From Candidatus Gorgyraea atricola (GTDB taxonomy: Bacteria; Omnitrophota; Gorgyraeia; Gorgyraeales; Gorgyraeaceae), in NCBI GenBank assembly GCA_030765235.1, contig JAVCCW010000021.1:733-64732 (forward strand): a stretch of 64,000 bases of DNA. The letters run 5' to 3'. Shown here in pieces: positions 19,401 through 31,600 of this stretch. The translations under genes were made by a program, and so were the position numbers. The notes below the pieces were generated by a model. That model worked only from the letters and a program-made list of their open reading frames with translations, did no database searches and had not been told where the DNA came from. Within the stretch, counting starts at the first letter, position 1. The number at the start of each line of letters is the position of its first letter.

Positions 19401-20402
19401 ATGCACTGGGGTACGCCTGTATATCTTAATTTTCTTTTAATTATTCCGCTTCTTGTAGTCTTTTTTGTTTTCATCTCGATTAATAAAAGAAAGGCCATGA
19501 ATAGGTTTGGAGATAGCTCGTTGGTCGAGAGGCTCTCTGTGTCTAAAAGCGCGCAGAAAGAAAGGGCCAGCAGGATCTTGATTGTAATTATAACTCTTTT
19601 TTTAATCTTGGCATTTTCAAGGCCCCAGATAGGTACAAAGCTGACCATGACTAATCGTCAGGGTGTTGATGTCATGATAGCCATAGATACGTCTTCAAGC
19701 ATGATGGCGCAGGACATAAAACCGAACCGCCTGGAAAAGGCAAAACTCGAAGTCGCTTCCCTGATAGACAAGCTAAAAGGTGACAGGGTGGGTATCCTCA
19801 CATTTTCAGGAACGAGTTTCATCCAGTGCCCCCTTACTCTTGATTATAATGCAGCAAAGATGTTTTTGAATATTGTAGCCCCAGGTATGATGCCTAGACC
19901 TGGAACAGCTATAGGTGAAGCCATAGAAAAGACTACCAAGGCCTTTGTCAAGAAGCAGCGAAAACACAAGGTACTGGTTTTATTGACAGACGGAGAGGAT
20001 CACGAGACCAGTCCAATAGAAGCTGCTAAAAAGGCAAAAAAGGAAGGCATCATAATCTATACAATAGGTATAGGCACCAGGAAAGGAGAGCCTATACCCT
20101 TGATCGATGAATCAGGCAATGTCACAGGATACAAGAAGGACAAAGACGGCGAAGTAGTTATGACAAAGCTGGATGATTCAACGCTTCAAAAGATAGCGCT
20201 TATTACAGGCGGGAAATATTATCATGCCACTCCGCGTGAATTTGAACTGGATAAGATCTATGATGAAATAAGCAAGATGGAGAAAAAAGAACTTTCAAGC
20301 AGGCTTTTCATGCAGTACGAAGATAGATTCCAGTATTTTTTGGCAATAGCGCTTATACTTTTGTGCATAGAGTTTGTTATAGGAGATAGAAAGAGGGCAT
20401 GA
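19401..20402 (+). CDS. batB: BatB, VWA-domain membrane protein
   Basis: IDTSSSM MIDAS; paralogous to batA. Confidence 0.8.
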   Translation: MHWGTPVYLNFLLIIPLLVVFFVFISINKRKAMNRFGDSSLVERLSVSKSAQKERASRILIVIITLFLILAFSRPQIGTKLTMTNRQGVDVMIAIDTSSSMMAQDIKPNRLEKAKLEVASLIDKLKGDRVGILTFSGTSFIQCPLTLDYNAAKMFLNIVAPGMMPRPGTAIGEAIEKTTKAFVKKQRKHKVLVLLTDGEDHETSPIEAAKKAKKEGIIIYTIGIGTRKGEPIPLIDESGNVTGYKKDKDGEVVMTKLDDSTLQKIALITGGKYYHATPREFELDKIYDEISKMEKKELSSRLFMQYEDRFQYFLAIALILLCIEFVIGDRKRA

Positions 20403-21184
20403 GATCATTAAAGTTCTTGGTGATAATAGTATTCTTTTTTTCAACAATTGGCTGGATATGGCAGAGACCTACTGTAAAAAAGAGTAAAGAAGCGGCTAAA
20501 TTGCACGACGAGGGTAAATTAGACGAGGCACTTTCAAAATGGCGCGATGCGCAGATAGAGAGCCCGGATAAAAAAGAATTGCATTACAATATAGGAGGAG
20601 CGCTGCACGAACAAAAAAGATACGACGATTCATCTAAGGAATACGAAAAAGTACTGGATACAAAAGATGATGAACTTAGGGCCAAGACGTATTATAATAT
20701 TGGGAATACGCTTTACAGGATGGAGAAATTACCTGAGGCGATAGAGGGCTATGAAAAGTGCTTAGAGATAACCCCTGATGATGAAGATGCAAAGTATAAT
20801 ATAGAGTTTATCAAGAAGAAGTTGGAGGAACAAAAACAACAGCAGCAACAGGATCAAGAGGGACAAGAAACAAGGGACAAGGGACAAGAGCAGGAACAAC
20901 GAGACAAAGAGGAACAAGGAACAAGAGACAAGGGACAAGAGCAGGAAGAGCAACAGGATCAAGGGGGACAAGGGACCCCGAACCAGTCGCTTCGCTCCGG
21001 TACGGGGCAGGCAAGAGACAAGGGACAAGAGGAAGAGCAGCAACGTTCAAGTGATGAGCAAGAAATGTCTGAAGAAGACGCCATGCGTCTTCTCGATGCC
21101 ATAAAGGATGATGAAAAAGACCTGCAAAAGGAATTAAGGGTACAACCAATAGAAGGCCGCTATAAAGTGGACAAAGACTGGTAA
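20399..21184 (+). CDS. batC: BatC, TPR-repeat protein with Q/E/D/K-rich low-complexity tail carrying GGGACAAGGGA-family repeats
   Basis: TPR segment; repeat block 20860-21030. Confidence 0.7.
   Translation: MRSLKFLVIIVFFFSTIGWIWQRPTVKKSKEAAKLHDEGKLDEALSKWRDAQIESPDKKELHYNIGGALHEQKRYDDSSKEYEKVLDTKDDELRAKTYYNIGNTLYRMEKLPEAIEGYEKCLEITPDDEDAKYNIEFIKKKLEEQKQQQQQDQEGQETRDKGQEQEQRDKEEQGTRDKGQEQEEQQDQGGQGTPNQSLRSGTGQARDKGQEEEQQRSSDEQEMSEEDAMRLLDAIKDDEKDLQKELRVQPIEGRYKVDKDW
20965..21029. repeat. GGGACAAGGGA-CCCC-hairpin-GGGGCAGGCAAG-GACAAGGGAC element in frame in batC
   Basis: near-identical flanks to the element in the hypF-like gene at 47868-47967. Confidence 0.7.
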
Positions 21185-21196
21185 AACTGTTCTGAT

Positions 21197-23026
21197 ATGA
21201 AAAAAAGTTTAGTTGTATTGTTATTATTGTTTGCAGTGACTGCTGTCTACGCCCAGGATATTTCTATATCTGCCAATGTAGACAAGCAGGAGATAACTCT
21301 GGATGATCAGATTATTCTTAACATAGTTGTAAGCGGCAGTGTTTCAAAGATCCCGCAGCCAACCATACCCAGTCTTGACGGATTCACTGCATATTCTTCC
21401 GGAAGGTCGCAGAATATCTCAATTATAAATGGCCAGGTAACAGGTTCAGTTTCTTTTAATTATATGCTTGTTCCCAATGATGTCGGCGAGTATACACTGG
21501 GCCCATTCAGCATTGATTATAAAGGTAATACATATTCTGCTGATGCAATAGATATAAAGGTATTGCCACGCTCCACGCAGTCACAAGCGCCATCATATGC
21601 TGCTCCGGATTACACGGAGGGACAAGGGACAAGGGATAAGGGACAAGGAAAAGAACTTTTTATCGAGACATATGTGGATAAACTTAGGGCTTATGTGAAT
21701 GAACAGATAACTTTAACGTTTGCTTTTTATCAGGCTGTGAATCTATTTGAAAATCCTGTTTATAATCCAGCTTCCACCACAGGCTTCTGGACAGAGGATA
21801 TGCCTCCGCAGAAAAAATATTATAAAGTAATAAACGGCACAAAATATCTGGTCACAGAGATAAAGACAGCGCTTTTTGCGACAAGTCCTGGAGAATTTAC
21901 CATTGGTTCAGCAAGGCTTGAGGCAAGCGTGGAGGACCTGGAGAGATTTTCCTCCCGCAGTCCTTTTGATATATTCGGCAGAGATCCATTTAGCGTGTTC
22001 AGGAGAGGTAAGCCTGTTATTCTTGCCACAGATCCAATAAATGTAGAGATATCAGCATTGCCAGAAGAGGGCAAGCCTCTGAATTTTAAAGGCGACGTGG
22101 GCACTTTTGATATCAGCGGCACTATAGATAAAGACACAGTTGAAGAAAACCAGCCTGTTACATTAAGGATTGTAATAAAAGGAAAAGGGAATATAAAGAC
22201 GATCTCCTCTCCAGGTATTCCGGAATCCTCAGATGTGAAATTCTATGACTCAGCAAGCTCTGAAAATATCTCTAAAGAAAATTACCTGGTCCAGGGAGAA
22301 AAGATCTTTGAAAAGATGATCATTCCCAAAAGCGAGGGCAGACTTACAATAGGGCCTATTGAATATTCTTATTTTGATCCGGTCTTGAAAAGGTATATTG
22401 AAAGAAGAATCGAACCAATGACGATAAATGCGACGGTATCTGAAGAAGAGCCGCAAGCGACCATGCCTTTTTCAATACCAGGCCTATCGAAAGAAGAGAT
22501 AAAGCTTTTGAAGAAAGATATATGTTATATTAAGACCAGCCCCATTAATTTCAGAAAAAGTGATTCTTTTTTCTATAAGAATAAAGCGTTTTACTTGATA
22601 AATATACTGCCGCTCGCGTTTCTTATATTCCTTTATATGTACGAGCTTCACAGGGAGAGGCTGAAGACTGACATAGGATACGCGCGTTCGCGCAGAGCCA
22701 GGGGAGCGGCCTCAAAGAGACTGAAAAAAGCAAGACAGCTCATGTTAAAGGAGAAGGTGAAAGAGTTTTACGCCGAGATCTATAAGGCGGTAATAGAATA
22801 TGTAGCTGATAAATTAAATATACCACACCCTTCTATTACAAAGGATCTACTTGAAGAAAAATTGAAGTCAAAGGGTCTTTCAGAGTCAGCTATAGCAGAG
22901 ATAAAGGAGTTGTTCGACATTTGCGACATGGCCAGATTTGCTTTGGTAAAATTTACAAAGGAAGACATGCATAAGACGATCGAACAGGCCATTGATATCA
23001 TTGCAGAGCTCGAGAGGGTGAGATGA
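21197..23026 (+). CDS. batD: BatD-like protein (signal peptide, C-terminal TM)
   Basis: operon position and architecture; contains in-frame GGGACAAGGGACAAGGGATAAGGGACAAGG at 21612-21645. Confidence 0.7.
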   Translation: MKKSLVVLLLLFAVTAVYAQDISISANVDKQEITLDDQIILNIVVSGSVSKIPQPTIPSLDGFTAYSSGRSQNISIINGQVTGSVSFNYMLVPNDVGEYTLGPFSIDYKGNTYSADAIDIKVLPRSTQSQAPSYAAPDYTEGQGTRDKGQGKELFIETYVDKLRAYVNEQITLTFAFYQAVNLFENPVYNPASTTGFWTEDMPPQKKYYKVINGTKYLVTEIKTALFATSPGEFTIGSARLEASVEDLERFSSRSPFDIFGRDPFSVFRRGKPVILATDPINVEISALPEEGKPLNFKGDVGTFDISGTIDKDTVEENQPVTLRIVIKGKGNIKTISSPGIPESSDVKFYDSASSENISKENYLVQGEKIFEKMIIPKSEGRLTIGPIEYSYFDPVLKRYIERRIEPMTINATVSEEEPQATMPFSIPGLSKEEIKLLKKDICYIKTSPINFRKSDSFFYKNKAFYLINILPLAFLIFLYMYELHRERLKTDIGYARSRRARGAASKRLKKARQLMLKEKVKEFYAEIYKAVIEYVADKLNIPHPSITKDLLEEKLKSKGLSESAIAEIKELFDICDMARFALVKFTKEDMHKTIEQAIDIIAELERVR

Positions 23027-23778
23027 GAAGGATTATTTTATTTTTTATATGTATATCTTTTATTTTTTGCAGCTCGATCTTAGCGCAGTCGCCAGATGAT
23101 GTCTATCGAAGGGCAAACTTGAGCTACGAAGATGAGGAATATGAAGAAGCGATCTCGCTTTACGAGACGCTCATTCAGATGGACAAGATCAGTCCCGAGG
23201 TATTTTACAATCTCGCGAACAGTTTCTTTAAACTAAAGAAAATAGGCAAGGCCATTGTGAATTACGAGCGCGCGTTGAGGCTCGCGCCGAGAGACAAGGA
23301 TGCGCTGCTCAATCTTAAGCTCGCGCGCTCAATGGCGGTCGATAAAATAGAAATCCCGAAAAAAGGATTCTTGTTAGATCTGATATTATTCCCGTACAAC
23401 AGGTTGACTGTCAATGAACTGACGGTTTTTGTCTCGGCGTTTTATCTTTTGATACTCTTGTTTTTAATCTTTTCAATATTTTTTGTTGAAAAAAGGACTA
23501 TGATTTTTTATAATGTTGGTACGTTTACATTTTTATTAATTATATTTTCGATCTTTCTGATCTCAAAAATACATAATGAGAATTTTGCAAGAGAAGCTAT
23601 AGTGATTTCTGAAAAGGTCAGTGTCAGAAGCGGACCTAAAGAAGATTATCTTTTACAATTTACTCTGCATGAAGGGACAAAGGTTCGAGTGGTAGAAGAA
23701 AGACAGCTCTGGTATGAGATCGACCTCTCAAAGGATCTTCGCGGATGGCTCCCCAAAGATAGCGTCGAGATCATCTAG
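23023..23778 (+). CDS. BatE-like TPR + SH3b membrane protein
   Basis: TPR N-domain, TM helices, C-terminal SH3b-like WYEI...GWLP. Confidence 0.6.
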   Translation: MRRIILFFICISFIFCSSILAQSPDDVYRRANLSYEDEEYEEAISLYETLIQMDKISPEVFYNLANSFFKLKKIGKAIVNYERALRLAPRDKDALLNLKLARSMAVDKIEIPKKGFLLDLILFPYNRLTVNELTVFVSAFYLLILLFLIFSIFFVEKRTMIFYNVGTFTFLLIIFSIFLISKIHNENFAREAIVISEKVSVRSGPKEDYLLQFTLHEGTKVRVVEERQLWYEIDLSKDLRGWLPKDSVEII

Positions 23779-23861
23779 TCGAACCAAAGTGGTGAGCTTG
23801 TCGAACCACAAGATATAGTTGTTACCCAGCCAAAAAATATCAATATATTGTATTTTTTAGC

Positions 23862-23889
23862 TTGACATGAAATTATTAAGTGATATACT
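23862..23889 (+). promoter_or_regulatory. sigma70-like promoter TTGACA-16-TATACT upstream of nrdJ
   Basis: seen in sequence. Confidence 0.5.
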
Positions 23890-23928
23890 TTTTTAGTATT
23901 CTTAAAAAAATAAAATCAGGAGGCGAAG

Positions 23929-26217
23929 ATGCAGGTAGAAGTAAATGGCTCAAAAAAATTGAATATCTCTGAGAATTGTCTAAAGGTCCTTGAGAGAAGA
24001 TATCTCAAAAAGGACAAAGAGGGAAAAATTATAGAGACCCCTGAGGAGATGTTCATCAGGGTCAGTCGTCATATAGCATCGGCAGATAAACTTTATGGCG
24101 CGAAAGACGCTGATGTAAAAAAGACAGAAGAAGATTTTTATAATATGATGAGTAGTTTTGAATTCATGCCGAATAGCCCTACGCTTATGAATGCTGGAAA
24201 AGACCTTGGTCAGTTATCCGCCTGCTTTGTACTTCCCATTGGAGACTCAATGGAATCCATATTTGACGCGATAAAAAATACCGCTATGATTCATAAAAGT
24301 GGCGGAGGAACAGGATTTAGTTTTTCAAGACTACGCGGGAAGAATAGTGTTGTACGTTCTACAGGAGGCGTTTCGAGTGGCCCTGTCTCTTTTATGAAGG
24401 TATTTAATTCTGCAACTCAAGCTGTGAAGCAGGGAGGCACTCGTCGCGGGGCCAACATGGGAATCCTGCGTGTAGATCATCCTGATGTCCTGGAATTCAT
24501 CAAATGCAAAGAGAACGATAAAGACATAACTAACTTTAACATCTCTATCGCTATTACAGAAGATTTTATGAACCGCGTTATAGAAGATAAAGAGTATGAT
24601 TTGATAGATCCGCATACAAAAAAGGCAGTAGAAAAGCTTAAGGCCAAAGAGGTCTTTGAGCTGATAGTTGAGATGGCGTGGAAAAATGGCGAGCCAGGCA
24701 TTGTTTTTATCGATAGGATCAATAAAGACAATCCCACTCCGGAATCAGGAGAGATCGAATCCACTAATCCATGCGGGGAGCAGCCTCTTTTACCTTTTGA
24801 GAGCTGTAACCTTGGTTCGATAAATCTTTCAAAAGCAGTTGTAGAGAAAAATGGAAAGAAAGAAGTAGATTGGGAGAAATTAAAAACGCTTGTGCATCAG
24901 GGGTCTCATTTTCTTGACAATGTCATTGATATGAATAAATTTCCGCTCAAAGAGATAGAGGAAAACACTAAAAAGAATCGTAAGATCGGTCTTGGTGTAA
25001 TGGGCTGGGCAGATATGTTGATCCAGCTGGAGATATCTTATAATAGCGACAAGGCAATAGAATTAGCTGAAAAGGTAATGGGCTTTATTGATAAAGAGGC
25101 CAAGAAAAGATCTGAGGAGTTAGCTCAAAAACGCTCTACATTCCCCTCGTTTAAAGACAGTATTTTTAAAGACGACAAAGAGATAAAGCGAAATGCCACA
25201 TTAACGACTATAGCGCCCACAGGCACCATATCGATTATATCCAATACCTCTAGCGGGATCGAGCCTCTATTTGCGATCTCTTATTATAGAAATGTAATGG
25301 ATAATGACAAGCTGATCGAAGTCAATTCATTGTTCGAAGAGATTGCAAAAAGAGAAGGTTTTTATTCCAGAAAGTTAATGGAGGAGATCGCTGATAAAGG
25401 TTCTGTAAAGGATGTAAAAGATGTACCTGAAAAATACAGGAAGATATTTGTTACTTCACATGATATCGTTCCTATCTGGCACATAAGGATGCAGGCAGCA
25501 TTCCAGAATCATACTGATAACGCAGTTTCAAAGACAGTAAATTTTCACAATGAGGCATCGAAGGATGATGTCAGGGAAGTCTACATGCTCGCATATAAAT
25601 TGGGTTGTAAAGGCGTAACTATTTATAGAGACAAAAGCAGGGAGGAACAGGTGTTGAATGTAAGTTCAAAAAAGACCAAGTCTAAGCCAGCCCAGGATGC
25701 TGGTGCAAAAGAAAAACACGTTGCGCCACGGCCAAGACCCGCAGTGACAACAGGCACCACCACAAAGGTCAATACAGGCTGTGGTAATCTTTATATTACG
25801 ATAAACGTAGATGATAATGCCATGCCTTTCGAGGTATTCATCCAGATGGGCAAGGCTGGTGGTTGTGCCGCATCTCAGCTCGAGGCAGTAGGAAGGCTTG
25901 TGTCTCTGGCGCTTCGTTCCGGTGTGGAGAACAAGAAGATCGTGGACCAGTTAAGAGGAATACGCTGTCCATCCCCGTCATGGGAAAAAGGCGGGAGGAT
26001 CTTTTCATGTGCTGATGCTATTGCCAGAGTCCTGGAGCTCAGGTTAGGCAATGGAAAGATGCACCATAAAGAAGAAGCGCTTGAGAAACATTCGCCGCAC
26101 ACTATGATAGAAGATAAACTGGGCAATGTCGTGGGCGTGTGTCCTGATTGCGGCGCTGCATTACGTCATGAAGAAGGCTGCGTAGTCTGCCGCTCGTGCG
26201 GTTATTCCAAATGTTAA
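23929..26217 (+). CDS. nrdJ: class II adenosylcobalamin-dependent ribonucleotide reductase with C-terminal Zn ribbon
   Basis: active-site NPCGEQPL, C-terminal CPDCGAAL...CVVCRSCG. Confidence 0.85.
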   Translation: MQVEVNGSKKLNISENCLKVLERRYLKKDKEGKIIETPEEMFIRVSRHIASADKLYGAKDADVKKTEEDFYNMMSSFEFMPNSPTLMNAGKDLGQLSACFVLPIGDSMESIFDAIKNTAMIHKSGGGTGFSFSRLRGKNSVVRSTGGVSSGPVSFMKVFNSATQAVKQGGTRRGANMGILRVDHPDVLEFIKCKENDKDITNFNISIAITEDFMNRVIEDKEYDLIDPHTKKAVEKLKAKEVFELIVEMAWKNGEPGIVFIDRINKDNPTPESGEIESTNPCGEQPLLPFESCNLGSINLSKAVVEKNGKKEVDWEKLKTLVHQGSHFLDNVIDMNKFPLKEIEENTKKNRKIGLGVMGWADMLIQLEISYNSDKAIELAEKVMGFIDKEAKKRSEELAQKRSTFPSFKDSIFKDDKEIKRNATLTTIAPTGTISIISNTSSGIEPLFAISYYRNVMDNDKLIEVNSLFEEIAKREGFYSRKLMEEIADKGSVKDVKDVPEKYRKIFVTSHDIVPIWHIRMQAAFQNHTDNAVSKTVNFHNEASKDDVREVYMLAYKLGCKGVTIYRDKSREEQVLNVSSKKTKSKPAQDAGAKEKHVAPRPRPAVTTGTTTKVNTGCGNLYITINVDDNAMPFEVFIQMGKAGGCAASQLEAVGRLVSLALRSGVENKKIVDQLRGIRCPSPSWEKGGRIFSCADAIARVLELRLGNGKMHHKEEALEKHSPHTMIEDKLGNVVGVCPDCGAALRHEEGCVVCRSCGYSKC

Positions 26218-26753
26218 AATCCGACACCTGGATCAAGCGAATGGCTTTGGAGAATGAGATGATAAAGCCATTCGAGCCACAGCAAGTAAAGAATAATAAC
26301 ATCTCTTATGGTCTTTCAAGTTATGGCTATGATATAAGAATAGCTGACGAATTTAAGATTTTTAGGGGCAAAACCACGCTTGACCCCAAGAAAATAGACT
26401 CTAGCTTATTCGAGGATTTTAAAGGCCCTGTTTGTATTATCCCACCAACCTCTTTTGTCTTAGCGCGATCCCTTGAATACTTCAAGATTCCAAGGAATGT
26501 GCTTGTGCTTTGCACAGGTAAAAGCACTTATGCCAGGATCGGCGTTATTGCCAACATCACGCCTTTAGAACCAGAATGGGAAGGTTACATCACTATAGCC
26601 ATAAGTAACACATCTTCAAATCCCGCAAAGCTTTACTCAAACGAAGGCATTGCCCAGATCATCTTCTTTGAATCAGCTGACGCCTGCCAAACCAGCTACG
26701 CCGACCGCAAAGGCCTCTACCAATCCCAAAAAACCATCACTCTTCCAAAATAA
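26211..26753 (+). CDS. dcd: dCTP deaminase
   Basis: dUTPase-like fold motifs; typical size. Confidence 0.8.
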   Translation: MLKSDTWIKRMALENEMIKPFEPQQVKNNNISYGLSSYGYDIRIADEFKIFRGKTTLDPKKIDSSLFEDFKGPVCIIPPTSFVLARSLEYFKIPRNVLVLCTGKSTYARIGVIANITPLEPEWEGYITIAISNTSSNPAKLYSNEGIAQIIFFESADACQTSYADRKGLYQSQKTITLPK

Positions 26754-26934
26754 CTTTACCTCGTTCCAAATTCTTATGTATTATCAAATGATTTATCAGA
26801 ATTGTACGCAAATAGTTACAAAAAATTAGTTAAGCATCGTTTAGAATTTGGAATGGGGTTTACACTTTTCTGTGTGTCACAAAAGTGTAAAGTTAAGGTT
26901 GATTTTCTCTGGATGTTGGTGTATATTAAGGATT

Positions 26935-27687
26935 ATGAAACCTATAAAAGTAGTTTTATTGCGTCACGGCGAGAGTGTTTGGAATAAGGAAAATAAGTTC
27001 ACTGGGTGGACTGATGTGGATTTGTCTGGTAAGGGCATAGAAGAGGCAAAGGAGTCTGGCCGGGTTTTGAAGAAAGAAGGACATACGTTTGATGTCGCGT
27101 TTACGTCTGTTCTTAAAAGAGCAATAAGGACTTTGTGGTTTGCATTGGATGAGATGGATCTGATGTGGATTCCTGTTTATCGTTCGTGGCGGCTTAATGA
27201 AAGGCACTATGGCGCATTGCAGGGTTTTAACAAGGCAGAGACAGCCAAGAAATTCGGCGAAAAGCAGGTCCTTGTGTGGCGTCGAAGTTACGATATTCCG
27301 CCTGACGCATTGAAAAAAGATGATCCTCGATATCCTGGCAATGATCCTATATATAAAGATCTGGATAAAAAAGATATTCCTTTAACAGAATGTTTAAAAG
27401 ATACAGTAACGCGCTTCCTGCCGCATTGGAACGAGACTATCGCACCCACCATAAAGTCTGGCAAAAAAGTACTCATTGCTGCTCATGGAAATAGCTTAAG
27501 GGCATTGGTGAAACATTTAGATAAGGTATCAGATGAGACAATAGTAAGCTTAAATATTCCCACAGGTATACCTTTAGTATATGAGCTTAATCCAGACTTG
27601 ACCCCTATAAAGCACTATTACCTTGGCGATCCTGAAAAGGTTAAGGCCGCCATGGCCTCTGTAGCCAACCAGGGCAAATCCAAATAA
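26935..27687 (+). CDS. gpmA: 2,3-bisphosphoglycerate-dependent phosphoglycerate mutase
   Basis: [10 protein letters not shown] catalytic His motif, AHGNSLRAL. Confidence 0.9.
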   Translation: MKPIKVVLLRHGESVWNKENKFTGWTDVDLSGKGIEEAKESGRVLKKEGHTFDVAFTSVLKRAIRTLWFALDEMDLMWIPVYRSWRLNERHYGALQGFNKAETAKKFGEKQVLVWRRSYDIPPDALKKDDPRYPGNDPIYKDLDKKDIPLTECLKDTVTRFLPHWNETIAPTIKSGKKVLIAAHGNSLRALVKHLDKVSDETIVSLNIPTGIPLVYELNPDLTPIKHYYLGDPEKVKAAMASVANQGKSK

Positions 27688-27711
27688 GAGCACAAGCCGG
27701 AAGAAGTAGAA

Positions 27712-27737
27712 GTAGGCCAGGTTTAAACCTGGCCTAC
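27712..27737. repeat. REP-like palindrome GTAGGCCAGGTTTAAACCTGGCCTAC (copy 1 of 4; also 28552-28587, 42073-42098, 52221-52286)
   Basis: seen in sequence; followed by GTTTT. Confidence 0.8.
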
Positions 27738-27810
27738 GTTTTGCTCTGTTCCCCTTGACGATTTGAGAATCATCAGGTATACTTCTTCATCTATAGAAAG
27801 GGAGGTGTTT

Positions 27811-28485
27811 ATGAATTGGAATGCTGTAGTAATGGAGCCAGTAACACATATGCTGGCGAGGGTAGCTGGGTTTTTGCCTACGTTTATAGGCGTGCTTGTA
27901 ATATTGATAGCTGGCTGGATCATAGCCGGGGCGCTAAAGAACGTAGTAGTAAAGGTATTAAAGCTGATCCAGCTTGATACTGCTAGTGAAAAATCAGGGC
28001 TTGGCGATATTCTTCGCCGCGGTGGCATAAGACAGACAGTCTCAGAGCTCATCGGCGTACTTATCTATTGGCTTATAATGTTAATGGTATTTATGACTGC
28101 CTTGAATGCCCTTGGTATGACAGTAGCAGCAGCATTGTTGGACAAAGTGATCCTTTATATACCCAACGTGATAGCAGCCATGTTTATTTTGTCTCTTGGT
28201 ATATTTTTCTCCAGCATGGTAGGCACCATAGTGCGTACTGCTTCTAGCAACGCGGGTATTACACAGGCAAAGTTTCTTGGCCAGCTCACGCAGACAGTGA
28301 TCATGATATTTGCTGCCATAATAACACTTGAGCAGTTAAATATCGCTTCTAGCGTGTTGAATCTTACTATCAATATTATTCTTGCTTCAATGGGCTTGGC
28401 GCTAGCTATAGCAGTAGGCCTGGGTTCAAAGGATATGGCTGGTAAGATGATGCAGGAGCTGGTAAATAAGATGAAGGGTAAATAA
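27811..28485 (+). CDS. membrane protein with conserved-TM-helix repeats (MscS-associated TM_helix-like)
   Basis: strong SD AAAGGGAGG; 5-6 TM helices. Confidence 0.4.
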   Translation: MNWNAVVMEPVTHMLARVAGFLPTFIGVLVILIAGWIIAGALKNVVVKVLKLIQLDTASEKSGLGDILRRGGIRQTVSELIGVLIYWLIMLMVFMTALNALGMTVAAALLDKVILYIPNVIAAMFILSLGIFFSSMVGTIVRTASSNAGITQAKFLGQLTQTVIMIFAAIITLEQLNIASSVLNLTINIILASMGLALAIAVGLGSKDMAGKMMQELVNKMKGK

Positions 28486-28513
28486 GGCTTGTAGAATTTC
28501 TTGTAATTCTTGG

Positions 28514-28548
28514 CCCCGCATTTCTAAAAAAGAGATGCGGGGTTTTTT
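28514..28548 (+). terminator. rho-independent terminator CCCCGCATTTCT..AGAGATGCGGGG + TTTTTT
   Basis: GC stem plus T-tract. Confidence 0.75.
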
Positions 28549-28591
28549 AATGAGTAGTAGTAGCCCAGGTTTAAACCTGGGCTACTACGCC

Positions 28592-28620
28592 TTGACACCT
28601 TAATCATATCTATATACAAT
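28592..28620 (+). promoter_or_regulatory. promoter TTGACA-17-TACAAT about 6 nt before GTG/ATG of gspK-like gene (near-leaderless)
   Basis: seen in sequence. Confidence 0.55.
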
Positions 28621-28625
28621 AAGAC

Positions 28626-31600
28626 GTGATGAGAGAAGATAAAGGTATTGCCTTAATCTTGGTCGTAAGCGTTTTGGCAGTGGCTGGCATAATGGCAGTA
28701 TCCTTTGCCTTTACTATGCGCTTGGAGCTAAAGGCTGCGAATAATTATCTCGAGGCCACAAAGGCGTCTTATCTGGCAGAGGCAGGCATCAGCTATGCGC
28801 AGTCGGTCTTAAAGGAAGACGAGAGGGGAATAGATAGCTTTGAAGATAAATGGTATACGATTTTTTCAGGCGCGGATATTGATAATGATGGCGATGAAGA
28901 GATGGATTCAAAATGGATATATGTCTATAATGACCTGGACGAGCCAGTAGGCCGTTACGCAGTTTTAGTCAGGGACCAGACAAGCCTTTTAAATATAAAT
29001 ATTGCTACAAAACAAAATCTCTCTCCACTAAAGACCACAGAGGGCTGGACACCGTACGAACTGGACCTGCAGAAATTCCTTGCCTCTTTTGAAATAGATG
29101 ATTCTCAAACTTCATACGAGGAGATCCTGGATTTTAGATATGGCCTTGATGGTGAACCAGGCGCATCAGGAGTTGATGATAATCAAAACCAGAGGATCCT
29201 TGTATCAGACGGCATAGATAATAATGCTGACGGCATTATTGATGAGGCAGGTGAGGGCATTGATGAGCCAATGGAATTTGTTGCGGGTACTCCTTATGGA
29301 GACGATAGCGCGTTCCAGACACCGTTTGAGCTCGCCAAGATAAGCTCTATTTCAGATAAGGTTTTCAAAAAGATCTACGCCTACATAACTTCATATTCTG
29401 TTGACAAAAATCTCGATGTGGAAGGCCGCATAAGAGAGAATATAAATTTTATGGACGCCGCGACCCTGGCAATACTTCTGGAGGATGCGGGCGTAAGGGA
29501 CCCGTTCCAGAAGGCAGTCAATATAATGGATGCGTGCGATGAGGATTTCAGCCAGAGCATCATAGTAAAGTTATACAACAGGATCGCCGCTGTTAACAGG
29601 GGCCCGGTGGGTGACTGGACATGGAAGAGCGGGCATTATGAGAGTGATATAAGCGATGGAGAGTCACTTACTGTCTCGTGGACCAATGTGCCAGAGGGAG
29701 AATATTATATAGGTGTCTTTGGCGTGGAGGATGAATTAGTGGGGAATGTTACGATCAATGATATGACCCAGGGTTCAGTAAAACATGGAGAGATATTAAG
29801 ATTTGGCGCTATTGCGTTTGAGAACAGAATACTGAACATGGAGATTAAAAATACAGAGGAGAGCGATAGATGTTATTTTTCATACATAGAATTATATCCA
29901 AGGCTTGGCCAGGAGGATTTTAGTTCTGTTGAGATCCGGGGCACCGAAGGCATAAGGATAAATGAGATAATGGTAAAGCCGATTTCGACCAGGCCTGTTT
30001 CTGACGGACAGGATCCTGGTGGAGACTGGTCATGGCAGGGCAGTTTCTATCAGAATAGTGAGGCTGGCGGCGGTAAGCCAGGCGAGGGGTCATGGAAATG
30101 GGAAGATATACCTGACGGTGATTATTATGTTCGAGTGTTTGCAGGTGAGACAGGCCAGCATGTAGGGGATCTAGAAATAAACGGCGCGCGCTCAAGGGAC
30201 ATGGTAGACGAGGATCTCTTTGGAGACGGAAGAACAGTGACTGTTTCAGGTAAGAAACTTATCGTAAGGATACAGAATAATCGTTCCTCTGGTTCAACAT
30301 CTTTTAGGTCAATTGAATTGAGTCAGGAGCCAGATGGAGAGTATATAGAGTTAGTGAATCTTACGCCCAGAGAAGTAGATCTTGGTGGATGGAGCGTGGA
30401 AGGTCCCAGCAAAGAAAGCTGGCCTGCTACTATTCCTCTTGGGACTGTTATTGGGCCGGATGAGCATCTCGCTCTCTGCGTTGATAAAGATGATTCGCAG
30501 TCAGGCATTGATAATAATGATATATCTTTTCTGTCTATCTGGGGCCAGGAAAGATCGCAGGAGCTTCATTTTTTTAAGGCAGTAACGCCTGAGTCAGATC
30601 TGCTTTCCAATGATAGCGAGCCAGGAGGAAATATCATTACTCTCAAAGATCCCATGGGCCATATTGTCGATCAGGTAGAGTATTCTGTAGGCAGTGTTAC
30701 AGCATACAAGAGTCTTGAGCGTTCAGACCCGAGTTATGTTTTAGATTCAAATTCCAATGGCGTGCCGGATAACTGGTATCTATCCAAGGCAGAGGATGGC
30801 GCAACACCAGGCCTGCCAAATGATAATGATGGCATGGAAGAGAAGATAATGGAAGGCGGCGTGGTAGTAGAGATAATAGAACATGATATTACGGAAGTAG
30901 AAGTGAAGAACAAGAATTTTTCTTCAGTTGGCGAGCTTGCGTTTGCGTCTCTGGGCAGCGAGGAATGGGAAAGAGTGCCGCTGGAAGATGTTTCCAAGAT
31001 AGCTGACAGGTTAACAGTGTTTGGCATAAGGCTGGAGGCAGAGGGCCACATTGTGTCTGGAGAAGAAGGCGGATGGGGCATTGTGCAAAGGGCATCTCCT
31101 TTTACAGATCATTTTGAGAGCGGCGAATTGGATGAGATCGGCACGTGGCGCTGGGAAGAAAAACACGGGATCAGGGATGGTTATTATACATTAAGGATAT
31201 TTGGCCTAGAGGAAGAGGAGATTGCAGTGTCTTTGCACCTGGCAGATGATACATGGACGAGTTTTACACCTTCTCTTAGTCCTGGCCCAGACGGGAGTAT
31301 ACTTTTTGGAAATATAGAAGTCGGGACAGATAGCGATATATCCACACCAAAAGGCATCCTGGAGTTAAAGGTAAAGAATCTCTCTAAGACCGAAGCCGCG
31401 CATTTTGATTTTATAAGATTAGACCCTGTAAATTTTATTGATGGGAAGATCAATATAAATACTGCGTCGAAAAAGGTATTGAGTGTCATGCCTGGTATGG
31501 ATGAGAGTATTGCGGAGGGAATAATATCCAACAGGGTGTACGGTGACAAGAATGGGCTGCGTCTTGGCATAGGCGATTTGATCTCAAGCAGTGCATTGGG

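Noticed and set aside
20762-21149. Minus-strand ORFs 20762..21043 and 20811..21149 (L/P-rich)
   Set aside because: They are antisense readings of the batC low-complexity GGGACAAG repeat block; the compositionally biased translation gives no support for coding.
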